From the human T2T-CHM13v2.0 reference genome, Homo sapiens: 64,000 nucleotides of DNA. The translations under genes and the position numbers were made by a program. The DNA is taken from NCBI RefSeq assembly GCF_009914755.1, contig NC_060944.1. One strand, 5' to 3'. How positions within the stretch are numbered: the stretch's first letter is position 1; each line of letters starts with the position of its first letter. The notes under the pieces were generated by a model, which saw only the letters and a list, made by a program, of their open reading frames with translations, did no database searches and was not told where the DNA came from. Shown here one piece after another: positions 27,481 through 40,228 of this stretch.

Positions 27481-28772
27481 CTGAAAACACACAAAAACAG
27501 TAATGAATTTACAGTAAGCAGTCTGGTCAGTTGCCAATACCATAACATGGAATTCTACTGTTGAAATGTAATTTCCAGTGTATTATAAAATAATAAGGGA
27601 AAGCTTTAGTCTCAAAAGTCTGCTTACTTAAGACAATTTCAAATCTGGAAATACCTTTATTTTTACAGCTGAGTGTCACAACACACATTATATCCTCATA
27701 TCCATAATATCCAGCAGAAGTGATGAATCTAAGCATTACAACATATTATGAGATTTAAAACTTAACAGACATATAATTAGACTTTTGATTGTCTGGAAGA
27801 AAAAAGGAAACCAGTTCTCCAAAGAGATATAATATCAAGCAAAGCATATGGTCACAACTTTAGGAATGTTTATTGATACTGGTAAAAGTAGAAATCTCAA
27901 AAGAAAAGTGCTTTCAAAAGAAAACGTATGGAATTGGCATAATATAGGTAACTATTACTAAAATCTCCCTCAGAATTTGACGGGAGAGAACTTGTGTACA
28001 TTTATGGTCTATTTCCAAATAAAAACACTGCTTCTTCTCAAAACCCTATTAAAATTCCACATTAGACCCATAAGAAAGGGTCCTTTTGACTGATGACAGT
28101 CTTCCTTATTCAGAAAACAACTGCACAAGGGGCAAAATAATTCAAGGGAAATGCCCAAGGAAAACAAAAGCATGGGAAGAGGCAAATTTCAGCTTGATGA
28201 AGCAAACAAACCCATTTTAGGGTCACAGCTGTCTAAAGCGGGCACAGGTGCCTGCAGGGCTGTGAGCTCCTTGTCACCAGAGGCATGTAAGAGAAAAGAT
28301 GTTGCAGAAGAGGTTCACTGTGTCTTCTGAAGTCCCATCCATGTATGAGAGGCCACGTGTATGGTCCCATCCACGTATGAGAGTCTACAATGCCTCAGGG
28401 CATCAATGAAGATAAGACACATGCACTGACAGTCAACCATGAAGAATGACAGGTGAGTGCTTAAGTGTCTAGCACACTTAGCTGAGTGTGTGATTAAGTG
28501 ACGAGTGGAGCCTGGAGTAGCTGGGGACAGGCTTCTGCACCAAGGACCTAAGTTGGGTCTCACCGGATAACCAGAGGGCAAGAGGAAGTGTTCCATGTTG
28601 GGTAATTGCAGAGAGAGTCTAAGCTATAGAAAGGAGAATGGCCTGCTATGCTCAGGACAGAGGAGAGAATCATGTCCATCCAAAGTTCAGGATGTTTGAA
28701 ACAGCATCAAGAATCAATACTGGATAGATGAAATAGCCTGTGAAGACCGGAGAACAAGTATGAGAGTTTAGA

Positions 28773-29080
28773 CCAGAGGTCACAAACTGGTGGCCAGAGG
28801 AAAAACTCCAGTCTATAGATGTATTTTTTTGTGTTCCCTGTCATGTTTCAAAAACAAAATCTTTAGTTGGCAAGAGTTCAAAGTCTGGAGAGTTCACATA
28901 AAAGTCTGGGTACTTTTCTAGCATTCCTTCAAAATTCCTAAGATATGCTATCAGTAGATCTTTGTTTGCACTTAGCAAAAATCCCTGGGCTGCTGAGAGT
29001 TGCCTCCTTTGCACAGGTGACCTCTGGTTGACCACAGTCACTAGCCTCTTGCTTGGGTAATATCTTCACCTGGGCCCTGC
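28773..29080. mobile_element. Probable hAT-Charlie fossil (MER102-like)
   Basis: ccagaggtcacaaactggtggcc terminus resembles Charlie-family terminal inverted repeats (TIRs). Family uncertain. Confidence 0.4.
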
Positions 29081-30965
29081 AGGAAATATCATAATACCAG
29101 ATATCTATTCTGGAGCTCAGGCCAGCATATCCACCTGCCTATTTGATGTATTGTTTTGGACAACTCAAGGGAGTTTCAAATTCAATATGATTAAAACCTA
29201 ACAGGTTTAAATAACAACGACAGGGAGCAACTGATATGGGTTGGTTTTAGTGGTTGTCATTATTTAGCAGAAACAAAGTCACTATGAAAAGGAGGATAAG
29301 ACAGTTTAGGAGCCCTAGTGGGGCAGCAGCAGATATTATCCACTCTACAATTTGCTTATCCCTGTCATGCAGAATTGCATTTGTATTTTTTCCAATTATG
29401 GCAAGACCATTACCATGATAAAAAAGGTGTTTCCCATGCCTTTTACGACTAGGACTACATAGTAAGCCAAAAGCTAAGCAGCCACGTCTAGGATGTATGT
29501 ATATTTAATGCTGTTAAAGTTACATTAGAGATTAATAAAGCAATCACATTCCAGGTGTTAATTACATCTCCAATTCTTCTTTTTTTCTGTTAATCAAATG
29601 CCCAGTCATGCAAGTTGAAAATTGCTAAAATATGTTAATGGAAAAATAGAATGGTATTTCAGAGACATATTTCAAATTGTATTAAATCATTGAAAATAAT
29701 CTTGCCACCCATGTTATCTGCATGAAATACACACAAAAAGCCCTGTAAGGAGTTATAAAAGAAAGCAAAACTATCATGACAATTCAGTGCTTCCATCTAG
29801 ATAATGTTTGAGTCAACTGTCTGGCATGTTAAAAGGGGTCCATTAAGGCTGGTTTCCTTCCCTTTCTTCTTCTAAGCACCTGTACTCAACAAATCTCGTG
29901 AATTTAAAAATTTGCTTCATTTTTACATGATGCCACTGTTCATTCAGCAAATATTTAATGAACACTTACTGTATGCCAGTCACTGTGATAAACATGGGGG
30001 ATACAGAGTTGAGCAATTCAGACATACGCTTTGCCTTTATGGAGCTTTAAAAAATGTCAGAGAGAGAGATAAATAATCAAATAATGAAATGATTCCACAA
30101 ATAAATGCAAAGCTGCAGCTGAAGGAGAAGAACTGTGTCCTGGGCTCAAAGAGCAACAATGATAAGGGTTTATTATAGGGGAAACTAGAGAAGGATATCT
30201 TCAAGGGAGGTGGTGTCTAAAACAAGCTCTGAGAACAAGTTGGGAGAGTGTCTTGCATAAAAGCAATAATGATCATGATGATGATTGATGATAATAATGA
30301 GGAGGAAGATGCCACCAAGAATGAGTGACTGGAAGACAACCATGTGGCTATGGCAAAGGGAACAAGAGTGAGCACTGCACCAACATAAGGCTTGAGAAGG
30401 AGGGAGAAAGTGAATCAACTCAAATGTTTCAGGATGTAAAGGATCTTGTGTTTTATCTAGTTGTAAGAGGAAGACACTGAAGGGCTCTGTGCAGCAGCAT
30501 AACATGATTAGATTTCAGTTTCACCAAAGATCATTCTTGCAATGGTGACTGAAGAAAGGCCAAACAGGGCAAGAGTGAATATGGCTAAGCAAGCCAGGTG
30601 GCTACTACAGTGGTCCAGGTAAGTGATGATGGCTCTGGACTGGGGGAAAGGGTTACCAAAGCAGAGAAGTAAAACAAAACTGGAAGATATGTAGGAGATA
30701 AAATCAATATGATTTGATGATGGGCTAGACACAAAGAGGAGACGGGGGTGAGGAAGATGGCTTCTGGGTTCTGGAATGCATCACTAGTTGAATGGGGAGT
30801 CTTCTGCACAGACTGAGAACACTGGAAAAGGACCAAGATGGGGTGGGGAAAAATCATGAGTTTGGTTTTGGACATAATGAATTAGAGATGCATTTGGCAA
30901 ATGAAAATATGGGTTTGAAGCTCTTGAATAAAAGTCTGGGATGTCGATCTACCTTCCTACCCACT

Positions 30966-30975
30966 TACCTACATA

Positions 30976-31012
<37 letters not shown>

Positions 31013-31377
31013 GTAGGTACATATATATATGTAGGTACATATATATATGTAGGTACATATATATATGTAGGTACATATATATATGTAGGTACATATATAT
31101 ATATGTTGGTACATATATATATATGTAGGTACATATATATATATGTAGGTACATATATATATATGTAGGTACATATATATATATGTAGGTACATATATAT
31201 ATGTAGGTACATATATATATGTAGGTACATATACATATATGTAGGTACATATATATATGTAGGTACATATACATATATGTAGGTACATATACATGTAGGT
31301 ACATATACATATATGTAGGTACATATATATATGTCGGTGTACATATATATATATGTAGGTACGTACCTACATATATA

Positions 31378-31408
<31 letters not shown>

Positions 31409-31465
31409 GTGTATGTGTGTGTATATATATATAGAGAGAGAGACATATACATACACACACATATA
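30966..31465. repeat. AT-rich VNTR, unit GTAGGTAC(AT)n, about 19 copies, followed by (TG)/(TA)/(GA)/(CA) microsatellites
   Basis: Direct reading of 31013-31378; most units are 18-20 bp. Confidence 0.95.
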
Positions 31466-33004
31466 CAGGTTGACTATCCCTTAGCCAAAATGCTTGGGAC
31501 AAAAAGGGTTTTGGAGTTCTGATTATTTTTTGGATTTCAGAATACTGGAATATATATAATGAGATATCTTGGAAATGGGACCCAAGTCTAAACATGAAAT
31601 TTATTTATGCTTCATATACACTTATAGAGAGTCCTGAAAGTAACTTTATACAATATTTTAAATAATTTTGTGAATGAAACAAAGTTAGTGTACAGGGAAC
31701 AATCAGAAAGCAAAGGTGCCACTATCTGAGCCACCCATGTGGACAATCTGCAGTTGCTTAGCATCACCATCATTCCTGATTCTGAATTATATGCTGCTGA
31801 TAAGCAATCACCTGGTGATCCATGTCTTTTTGTTAGCATAATGAACAAGTAGGAAATTCACTCCTTGAACTGAAAACAGGGAGGATGCAAGCTTTTGCTT
31901 ATCACAGCAATTTTACATTTACGCATGCCTGCTGCATTAGCACATCTCAGCACAGTTATTCTGTCCTTGGCACCCTTAGTTCCTGTAGGGGCTGCCTCAT
32001 TGTCTGCAGTCAGTGTCTTTCTAGAGCAATAATGCCAAAACGGTGATGTTTCATCAGCATTACAGACTTGGTTCTGGTGTCAGATTTTCATCACCGATGA
32101 CCTTGACATACTCGTCAATAAATTTCTCTGCTGCTTCATAGTAAGCAGATACTTTATCACCACAAATCTTTAAAATGTAATGCTGTGTCTGTTCCTAAAT
32201 GTCTGCAACCAGCCTGCTGAATATTCACAGTTTCCTTCAATTTTTGGTTCATTGTGATAGATTTTTGCTTGTTTTCATGATCAGCTTCCCATTAAGTGGC
32301 AAGTATTCACTGTGACACTGATGGGATCCACTCTTTTAATACACAATTGAGATCTTCACTTTTAGCTTTATGCTGTGTTTTTCTATTTTTCATTTATGTG
32401 TATTTATTACTTTGAGCATAGAACTTAGCCTTCTGTTTCTTCAGGTCATATATGATGGCCACTTCAACACTATACTCTTCTGTAAGACATTTCACACTTA
32501 ACACCACCATCCTGTTTCTCTAACAGCTTTACCTTCTGTGCTACAGATCAACATAAATGGTTCCTGTGTTTCTTATCACTGTTGTCCACAGGAGTAGCTG
32601 CAGACCTTTCTGACATGTTCAAACATTATCTTTACAGCACAGAGCAGAGAATAAGTAAGAAAAAAAAACCCACAGTGAGTAATGCATGCAGGTCTTGGAC
32701 CTGCGCAGGGTATCATGGGGAACATACTATTGTCATGTGTGGCCTGAACATCTGCCATTTTTTTGTCCTTTGTGGGCATACTCGTATGGGGAATCTGGAC
32801 ATGTGCCGAAAAGATACACTGAAGCTGAAGGGGACTAGGGGGGCCTCTTTTCCTTTGTGGATATTGAACAAACTGTGTGTGTGGTGGACCTAAGTTTTGA
32901 TTGCGACCCCATCACATGAGGTTAGGTGTGGAGTTTTCCACTTGTGGTGTTATGCTGGCCCTCAAAAACTTTTGGACATTTCGGATTTCTGATGAGGAAT
33001 GTTC

Positions 33005-33010
<6 letters not shown>
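31466..33010 (-). mobile_element. Tigger4/Zombi (TcMar-Tigger) DNA transposon, internally deleted, with dead transposase 5' part
   Basis: TA+CAGGTTGACTATCCCT left terminus and degenerate gatgaggaatgttcaacgtg right terminus. ATG at 32616 (minus) gives MSERSAATPVDNSDKKHRNHLC*SVAQKVKLLEK, a CENP-B/Tigger-type HTH start with stops and frameshifts. Confidence 0.88.

Positions 33011-33050
<40 letters not shown>
33008..33050. repeat. (GT)n microsatellite, about 21 units
   Basis: Direct reading. Confidence 0.97.
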
Positions 33051-33051
<1 letters not shown>

Positions 33052-33505
33052 CTCATTGCTAATAAATGAAACTATAGGAGTAGGAAAGAAACCTGAGACA
33101 AAATACAGAGGTAGAAGACAAGAGGACCTAACATTGGGCACCTGAAGGAATGCTGACTTCTAATGGCCAAGTAGAAGAAAATAAACTTACAGAGGAAACA
33201 GAGAAGAGACCATGAGAGAGGGAGAAAGAAACCCTCCAAAGCCAAGGAAAAGAGGGGCCAACAATGCAGAATGCTTCTCAGAGGTCAACTGAGACAAAAA
33301 GACTAGAAAACACCATTGGGTGTGGTGGCATAGAGGTCACAAGTGGTGTTAGTGGGAGCTGATTTGGTAGTAGACCGAGGCCAGAAGGAAGAGACTGAGG
33401 AATGCAGAAGAGGTAAGGAAATGCAGATGTACTGGGCACAGGCAACTCTTTCAAGAAGTCTATGAATGAAGAGAAAGAGTTGGTAGTAGCCAGAGGGGAT
33501 GATAG

Positions 33506-33874
33506 TGTATTAGTCCATTCTCATACTGCCAATAAAGATATACCCAAGACTGGGTAATTTATAAAGTAAAGAGATGTAACTGACTCACAGTTCAGCATAG
33601 CTGAAGAGACCTCAGAAAACTTAATAATCAAGGTGGAAGGGGAAGCAAACATGTCCTCTTTACATGGCAGCAAGAAGTGCCGCATAAAAATGGGGAAAGC
33701 CCCTTATAATACCATCAGATCTCGTGAGAACTCACCATCACAAGAACAGCAGAATGGGGGTAACCACCCCCATGATTCAACTATCTCCCACCAGTTCCCT
33801 CCCATGACATGTGGGGATTATGGGAACTACAATTCCAGATGAAATTTGGGTGGGGACACGGCCAAACCATATCA
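33506..33874 (-). mobile_element. THE1-family (ERVL-MaLR) solo LTR
   Basis: tgtattagtcc...ccaaaccatatca termini with 5-bp TSD gatag (33501-33505 and 33875-33879). Confidence 0.93.
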
Positions 33875-35881
33875 GATAGATCCTGCAGGATATTTTATTT
33901 TTTGTTAAAACTTATATGTATACTTAAAATGCAATAAGCAAACTGAAGGGCATAAAGAGGAATAAATGAATAAAAGAACTAATGAATGAGAATGGCTGAT
34001 AATGTAGTTTCTTGATGAAACCTGAAGAGTGTGTGCTTCCCAGAAATCTCGGTGTGGTTAAGGACAAGTCAGTGCTTAATCTCTCCAGAATTCAGTTTCC
34101 TCATCTAGTTATCAAACTGGACAATTTCTAAGATTCCTTCCAGATCTTAAATTCTTGTCAACCATGAACCATTTGGTCTGAGGTCAGTGTGATTAACAGC
34201 AGCAGATGGACTTTATGTGATGCACTTAATTTGTAATTTTGCAAGCATTTCTAAACCTCCTTGAAATAATGACTTCTTTGAGATTAATTCAGAGTTTGCT
34301 AAATACCCAAAGACAGACAAATTCCAGAGAGTCTTCAGAGGGGATGGAGGGGACATGACATTGTGAAAGCATAGACAAAGACATTGCTGGTTTCACATGA
34401 GACTCTCTATTCTAATATTTCAAGTAAGCTGACAGAAGTAAATCTGCAAACGTTTCTAGTGATTCCTAAGGAATGCAGGGACAATAATCATTAATATCAC
34501 CAATAATTACCCTCTTCAAGTTTTATGAGATTTTCTAATTCTGCTACTGCACAAATAAAACAACTCATTTTTTCTCCTACTGTTTTCATATGAATATTTC
34601 TGAGGTAATAATGTACCAATTATTTCATTTTGGGTTACAAATACTACAAACATATGAGACAACTGTGTTCCCACAAGTGTGTGGTTCACACTTTAGAGGC
34701 TGTGGTGTCAATAAAAATGAGAGGCCCTTTGTAATTCTGTTTCGAGACTCCTAGTTCTACATTTTACTTTAGAAACACCCCCTGCCCCCCACCAACCAAA
34801 ACATACCCCCCGCCCTCCACCAACCAACACACACACATAGGATGCAATGCACTGTGAAAGCAAGCTCAGTGGAAGAAAGGTTATCATTTTAGATGTGACA
34901 GGTGGAGAAACCAAACTCTGTCAGGAACATACAATTTTCTGAAATGGTATTGAGTGAGAGGCTGAACTGAGGTAGGGCAGGTAAAGTTCTTATTTCATTG
35001 CCTGATTGAAGCAAAAAGAAACTTGCTTGTGTGTGACATTTTCCTTCTGATTTAAAATATCTTAAAGATATTTATTTATATTAAAATAAGTTATGATGAT
35101 GATACCATTTAGGGAAACTGATAAGAAAACATCTAATTTCCACTAATACATGCCAATACTTAAGAACAGATTAAGTAATATGTTCTAGGGCCTTAGACTT
35201 GGTGACACAGATTTTATTATTTCAAACACGAGAATTATAGTACTTTTTCTCTATATCAAAAATGGCTTTAGGAAGCTAGATAGGAAAAGATGAAGATGGA
35301 ACATGGTGTCTGTGGTGGGTAAGAAAATTTCACATAAATACTAAACAAATTCAAGCAGGACATATGGCTTGGTGTTAATGGCTGGCTTGCGAATGAATGA
35401 CAGGCACTCTGCAACAAAGGCAGCAGGCATCAGTATCACATCATGCCATCAGATCATCAGTTAGTAATTCTGAAGAATAAACATGAAATGATACCTTATC
35501 AAAAAGCTACGTTGACCTTGTCCCTTCTTTTTCAATGTTTACAATTCAAATATGGATTTACAATTTCCTGCTTTAGATAAATCACTTCAACCTCTGTTTA
35601 CCCTTAGTAAAGTAAAAATTGGAAACTTAGATTCTGGGACTCTGTAGAAGAAAGAAAATTGATTTTCAATCTTGGCTACTGAAGTTTCCAGCCAAATTAT
35701 CCATCAAGAATGATTTGCCCAACTGTGTGCACAAACTGAGTTTGAAGCTTTGTAAAATTTCGAGATGCTCCAGTCCCATACCCAAAGACATTTTTAGATG
35801 TGTGTGTCGGAGCAGGGAGAGGGGGTGGTAAGTGGGAGCTGATATTTTTCTTAACACCTCATGCGAGAAACAAAAAGAGCA

Positions 35882-36178
35882 CAGACATCCCCAACTTAAG
35901 ACGGTTCTACTTACAATTCTTCAACTTTATGATGGTGCAAGAGTGATACACATTCAGTACAGTATTCAACAAATTACATGAAATATTCAACACTTGATTA
36001 TAAACTAGGCTTTGCGTTAGATGATTTTGCCCAGTGTTCTGAGCATATTTAAGGTAGGATAGACTAAGCTGTGATGCTCAATAGGTTAGGTGTATTAAAT
36101 GCATCTTCAACTTAGGATATTTTCAGTTTACAATGGATTTATCAGGACACAGCCTCATTGTAATTCAAGGAATATCTG
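35882..36178 (-). mobile_element. MER47A-like Tigger MITE
   Basis: aggttaggtgtattaaatgcat and gttagatgattttgccca match the recalled consensus. CAG...CTG(TA) ends. Confidence 0.8.
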
Positions 36179-37021
36179 TATATGGAATAGGTCTGTCCTT
36201 CTGCAGGAAAATGTAGAAAGCACAGGAAATGATTAGAGGGCAATTCAAGACAGTGTATAGTCACATGATAAATTCCAAAGTACTGAAGGGAAAGCATTAC
36301 ACAATTGGTCAAGCTATTAGTAACTTTCTTTCCATTCTTGCCCAGTAGTCCACATTCTTTGCTACCAACTTCTTATTCACTATTAGTAATCATCTCAATT
36401 ATTTATTTCTAGGCTCATACGCACTCCACAGTGTCAATATCCTATTGTTCCTTCCGAAATAGTTCTTGCACAATGCCTCCCTTCCTTCAGCTCCCAAAGT
36501 CTTTTACCTTCAACCCCTTTTCCTCACGGCTCTTCTATCAGCCTCCCTTTGAGCTAAACAAAAGCTGCATCATCTTCACCTCTCAGCCCACATTACCCAT
36601 CTACTGAGTGGTCAGCACAGACTTCCTTCTGCTTTCCACAGAAAATTCATGCAACTGATCTAGAACTTAAGAGCCCTACAGACCTGCCCATGACTCAGAC
36701 TCAACAGCGTTGATCTCACTACTCCTTCTCCTCCCTCCATCCCCTTTCCAGTCTTAGACATTTCTTCACTACACACTTTGGCTGAAGAGCATCTAAGTCA
36801 CTTTTTCACTATATGCCATTAAGACAAATACATTCACTTCAGAATTCAACTTTGGGTACATTCCCCCTTTTCAGCAGTCTAAACCACCCTCTGGGAGGAG
36901 TTTTGGTTCTGCATAAGCTGAAACAAGCACACTCCACCCTGTTTCTCCTAAGGAATGTAGCTATAGCCTGAACAAAATGCATGTAGTAGTTATTTGAGGG
37001 CCTTGGGAAGTAAAGAGTAGC

Positions 37022-37818
<797 letters not shown>

Positions 37819-37826
37819 AGAGTAGC

Positions 37827-39200
37827 AGGTGGATTGAAGAAAACCAAGATTGGAAGCACCACTGAACTAACAGTGAATTTACCATTTTTTGCCTGCAGTG
37901 CTTCCCAGCTTGGTCTAGGAAGAAAGCCAAAAGTGGACAAGTGCAAAAGAGAGAACTCCAGGAGAAGCCCCCTAGTTCAGGTTGGAGGAGGAGCAGAGAG
38001 TCCCTTAGCAGCAACAGTGGGCCCATGAGGAAAGGGAATCTTTCTTTCCCATCAGAGGAGCTGTAGTCCCCCAAGAAGGTGGGGCAGATCCCTGTTGCTT
38101 TATTCCTTCCCTGTCCTCTCATTTCTTGGCCGTAGACACGGAGACAGGCATATGAAAGAGTAGAATAAATAAAGCTCAAGATTTCCAGGGAAGGGAAGAC
38201 CCGAGGGAGGCAGAAAGTGCAGGAGAGATGAAGAGGGAAATATGCAGGAAAGCAACCTCACAGAGTTGTTTATTAACTCCTGGGCTCACCCCTATGTGTG
38301 TACACGTGGATCTGATCCTCAGAAGAATGCTAAGACTTTGAGAACTGAACTAAGCGACAGACCACTGCACAGGTCCCAGCCTGGCCAACGGGTAGTACAC
38401 CCACTGCTACTGGAGGAGCACTGCAAAGGATCTGAACACTGAAGCAGCAGTGGAACGGCAGACACGATCTGCAAAAGCTGATGGTAACTTATGGCCTACA
38501 TCCAGCTAGGTAAACTGTCTGCTGAAACAAAGGGTATAAACATTTCCCATAGGATTTAAACAAGACCCAGGATCTCATAATATCCAAAATGTCTATGACA
38601 CAATCCAATATTATTCCTCAGCACAGAAAGAACCAGGAAAATCCCAACATGCATTGCAAAAAACAATCAACAAATGTTTATACTGAGATAACAAAAAGCT
38701 CCAATAAATGTTTCAATACTCTTGAAATAAGTGGAAAAATAAAAATTTCAACAAAGATAAGATATAAAGAAGAATCCAATATTACAAGTGAAAAACAAAA
38801 TATTCAAAATAAAAAACTCATTGGTAGGCTCAAAGGCAGAATGGAGATGACAAAAAAAGTCAGTGAACTTAAACACAGGTCAACTGAAATGATCCAATCT
38901 GAAAAGCAAAGAAAAAAGAATTTATCAAAAAATAAAAATAGGTAAACAGAGCCTCAAGGAACTGTGAGACAATAGTAAAATATCTAACTTTTGTGTAATT
39001 GTAGTCGCAGAAGGAGAGGGGAAAGAGTATAGTGCGGGGGAAAAAAAAATTAACAAATAATGGTTGAAAACTTCCCAAATCCAGAGGAAGACAACAGCCT
39101 ATGAATTTGAGAAGCTCGGCAAAACCCAAACAGGTTAACCCCGAGAAATCCATGCCAAGGCATATTGTAAAGCCAATGTACTGAATGTAAAGCTGAAAAT
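37827..39200 (+). mobile_element. Old L1M 5' region and ORF1 remnant
   Basis: ORF 38589-38945 contains RMEMTKKVSELKHRSTEMIQSEKQRKK, resembling the L1 ORF1p coiled coil. tgaaaacttcccaaat and aggcatattgtaa follow. Left boundary uncertain. Confidence 0.7.
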
Positions 39201-39375
39201 GAAGTTTTAAAAGGAGAAGAGAGATCAAGAAAAATAGATGTGATGAGTGAAAAAAAGAGAAAAAAAGGGGTTAAACAGAATGACAAATATATGTCTCATG
39301 TCCAGAAGTCTGGTGCACCAAGAAACTAACTCCAGTATAATTAGCTTTGGCCACTTGTTCTCATATTCAAACACA

Positions 39376-40075
39376 TGAGAAGTCAAATTCTAAGCCATCA
39401 AACTGACTGAACAGACCCCCTCTTGGCCATGGGGACCCCACAGAAACCTTGGAAATCGAGTTCCTGGACATGACACGATAGGAGGTAGGACATGCTTTCT
39501 TATACTCCCTCCTTTGCTAACTGCCACGGCTTTCATTCCTCAAGGTTCAACAGAAACCAGCCCATTGGAAAGACTTGTTTCACTGCTGACTTCAACCAAC
39601 TGTCACTGCCCCTACCTTCTGTGGTTTCCACACAATGGACCAGCATTGCCTCCTGATAAGAAACCATCGACCATGGAGTGGTTCTGGCCAATCTACAGGG
39701 TGCACAGTGAATGTTTCCATGTCCTCTGCTTCAACTCTTGACATCAGAGGACCAAAAACTCTATCCTTGCATCATGCTAACCCTGCCAGTTTTTGTTCAC
39801 GCAACTCATGTAGAGGCATAAGCTCAACTGTGCATGCTCATGTTTCTCCACTCATAAATATTCATGACTTCTCCTATAGCTTATTAAACATGCACATTCA
39901 GCCACCCAGCTCAGCATAAATTCCTGTTCCCTTTCCCCCTCCCTCAATGTGTCTGCTTCTGGCTTCCAGCTGGAGGCTACACTTCCCAGCCTGTCAGAAT
40001 GGCCACCCTGCAGGCCTTATAAAAAATAAAGCTCTCCTTTCCAAATTTACAAACCTTGTCATTCTTCAGTTGACA
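39376..40075 (+). mobile_element. ERV1 solo LTR (MER39-like)
   Basis: TG...CA termini, cataaa TATA-like box near 39915, AATAAA near 40025, and gaccccctcttggccatggggacccca motif. Family assigned from memory. Confidence 0.75.
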
Positions 40076-40228
40076 TGTGCATCAGAATCACAGACATAAA
40101 AAACCCGACTGCAGGGCCTGATCCCTAGATTTGCTGGTTCAGTAGGTCTAGGTGGAGCCTGGGAATTTGCATATCTAACAAGTTCTCAGGTAATGCTGAT
40201 GTTGATGACATACTTTGAGGACCACTAG
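40076..40228. mobile_element. MER5A fragment
   Basis: gcatcagaatcac...ttcagtaggtctaggtggagcctgggaatttgcatatctaacaagttctcaggtaatgctgat...actttgaggaccact. Confidence 0.85.

Larger units (their letters stand above)
29935..33500 (-). mobile_element. L2 element interrupted by the VNTR and Tigger4
   Basis: L2 3' end reversed (ttcattcagcaaatatttaatgaacacttactgtatgccag) at 29940. L2 wording continues to ~30945 and resumes at ~33050. Confidence 0.7.

Noticed and set aside
30941-31595. Long Tyr/Ile-rich ORFs and a superficially CRISPR-like periodic array
   Set aside because: The sequence between the repeated motifs is only (AT)n rather than unique spacers, the DNA is primate intron, and there are no cas genes. 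It is a VNTR.
31850-32616. Tigger transposase reading frame as a possible domesticated gene
   Set aside because: Stop at codon 23, further stops and frameshifts, and an internal deletion.
38589-38945. 118-aa Lys-rich ORF
   Set aside because: It is a decayed L1 ORF1 remnant in A-rich sequence.
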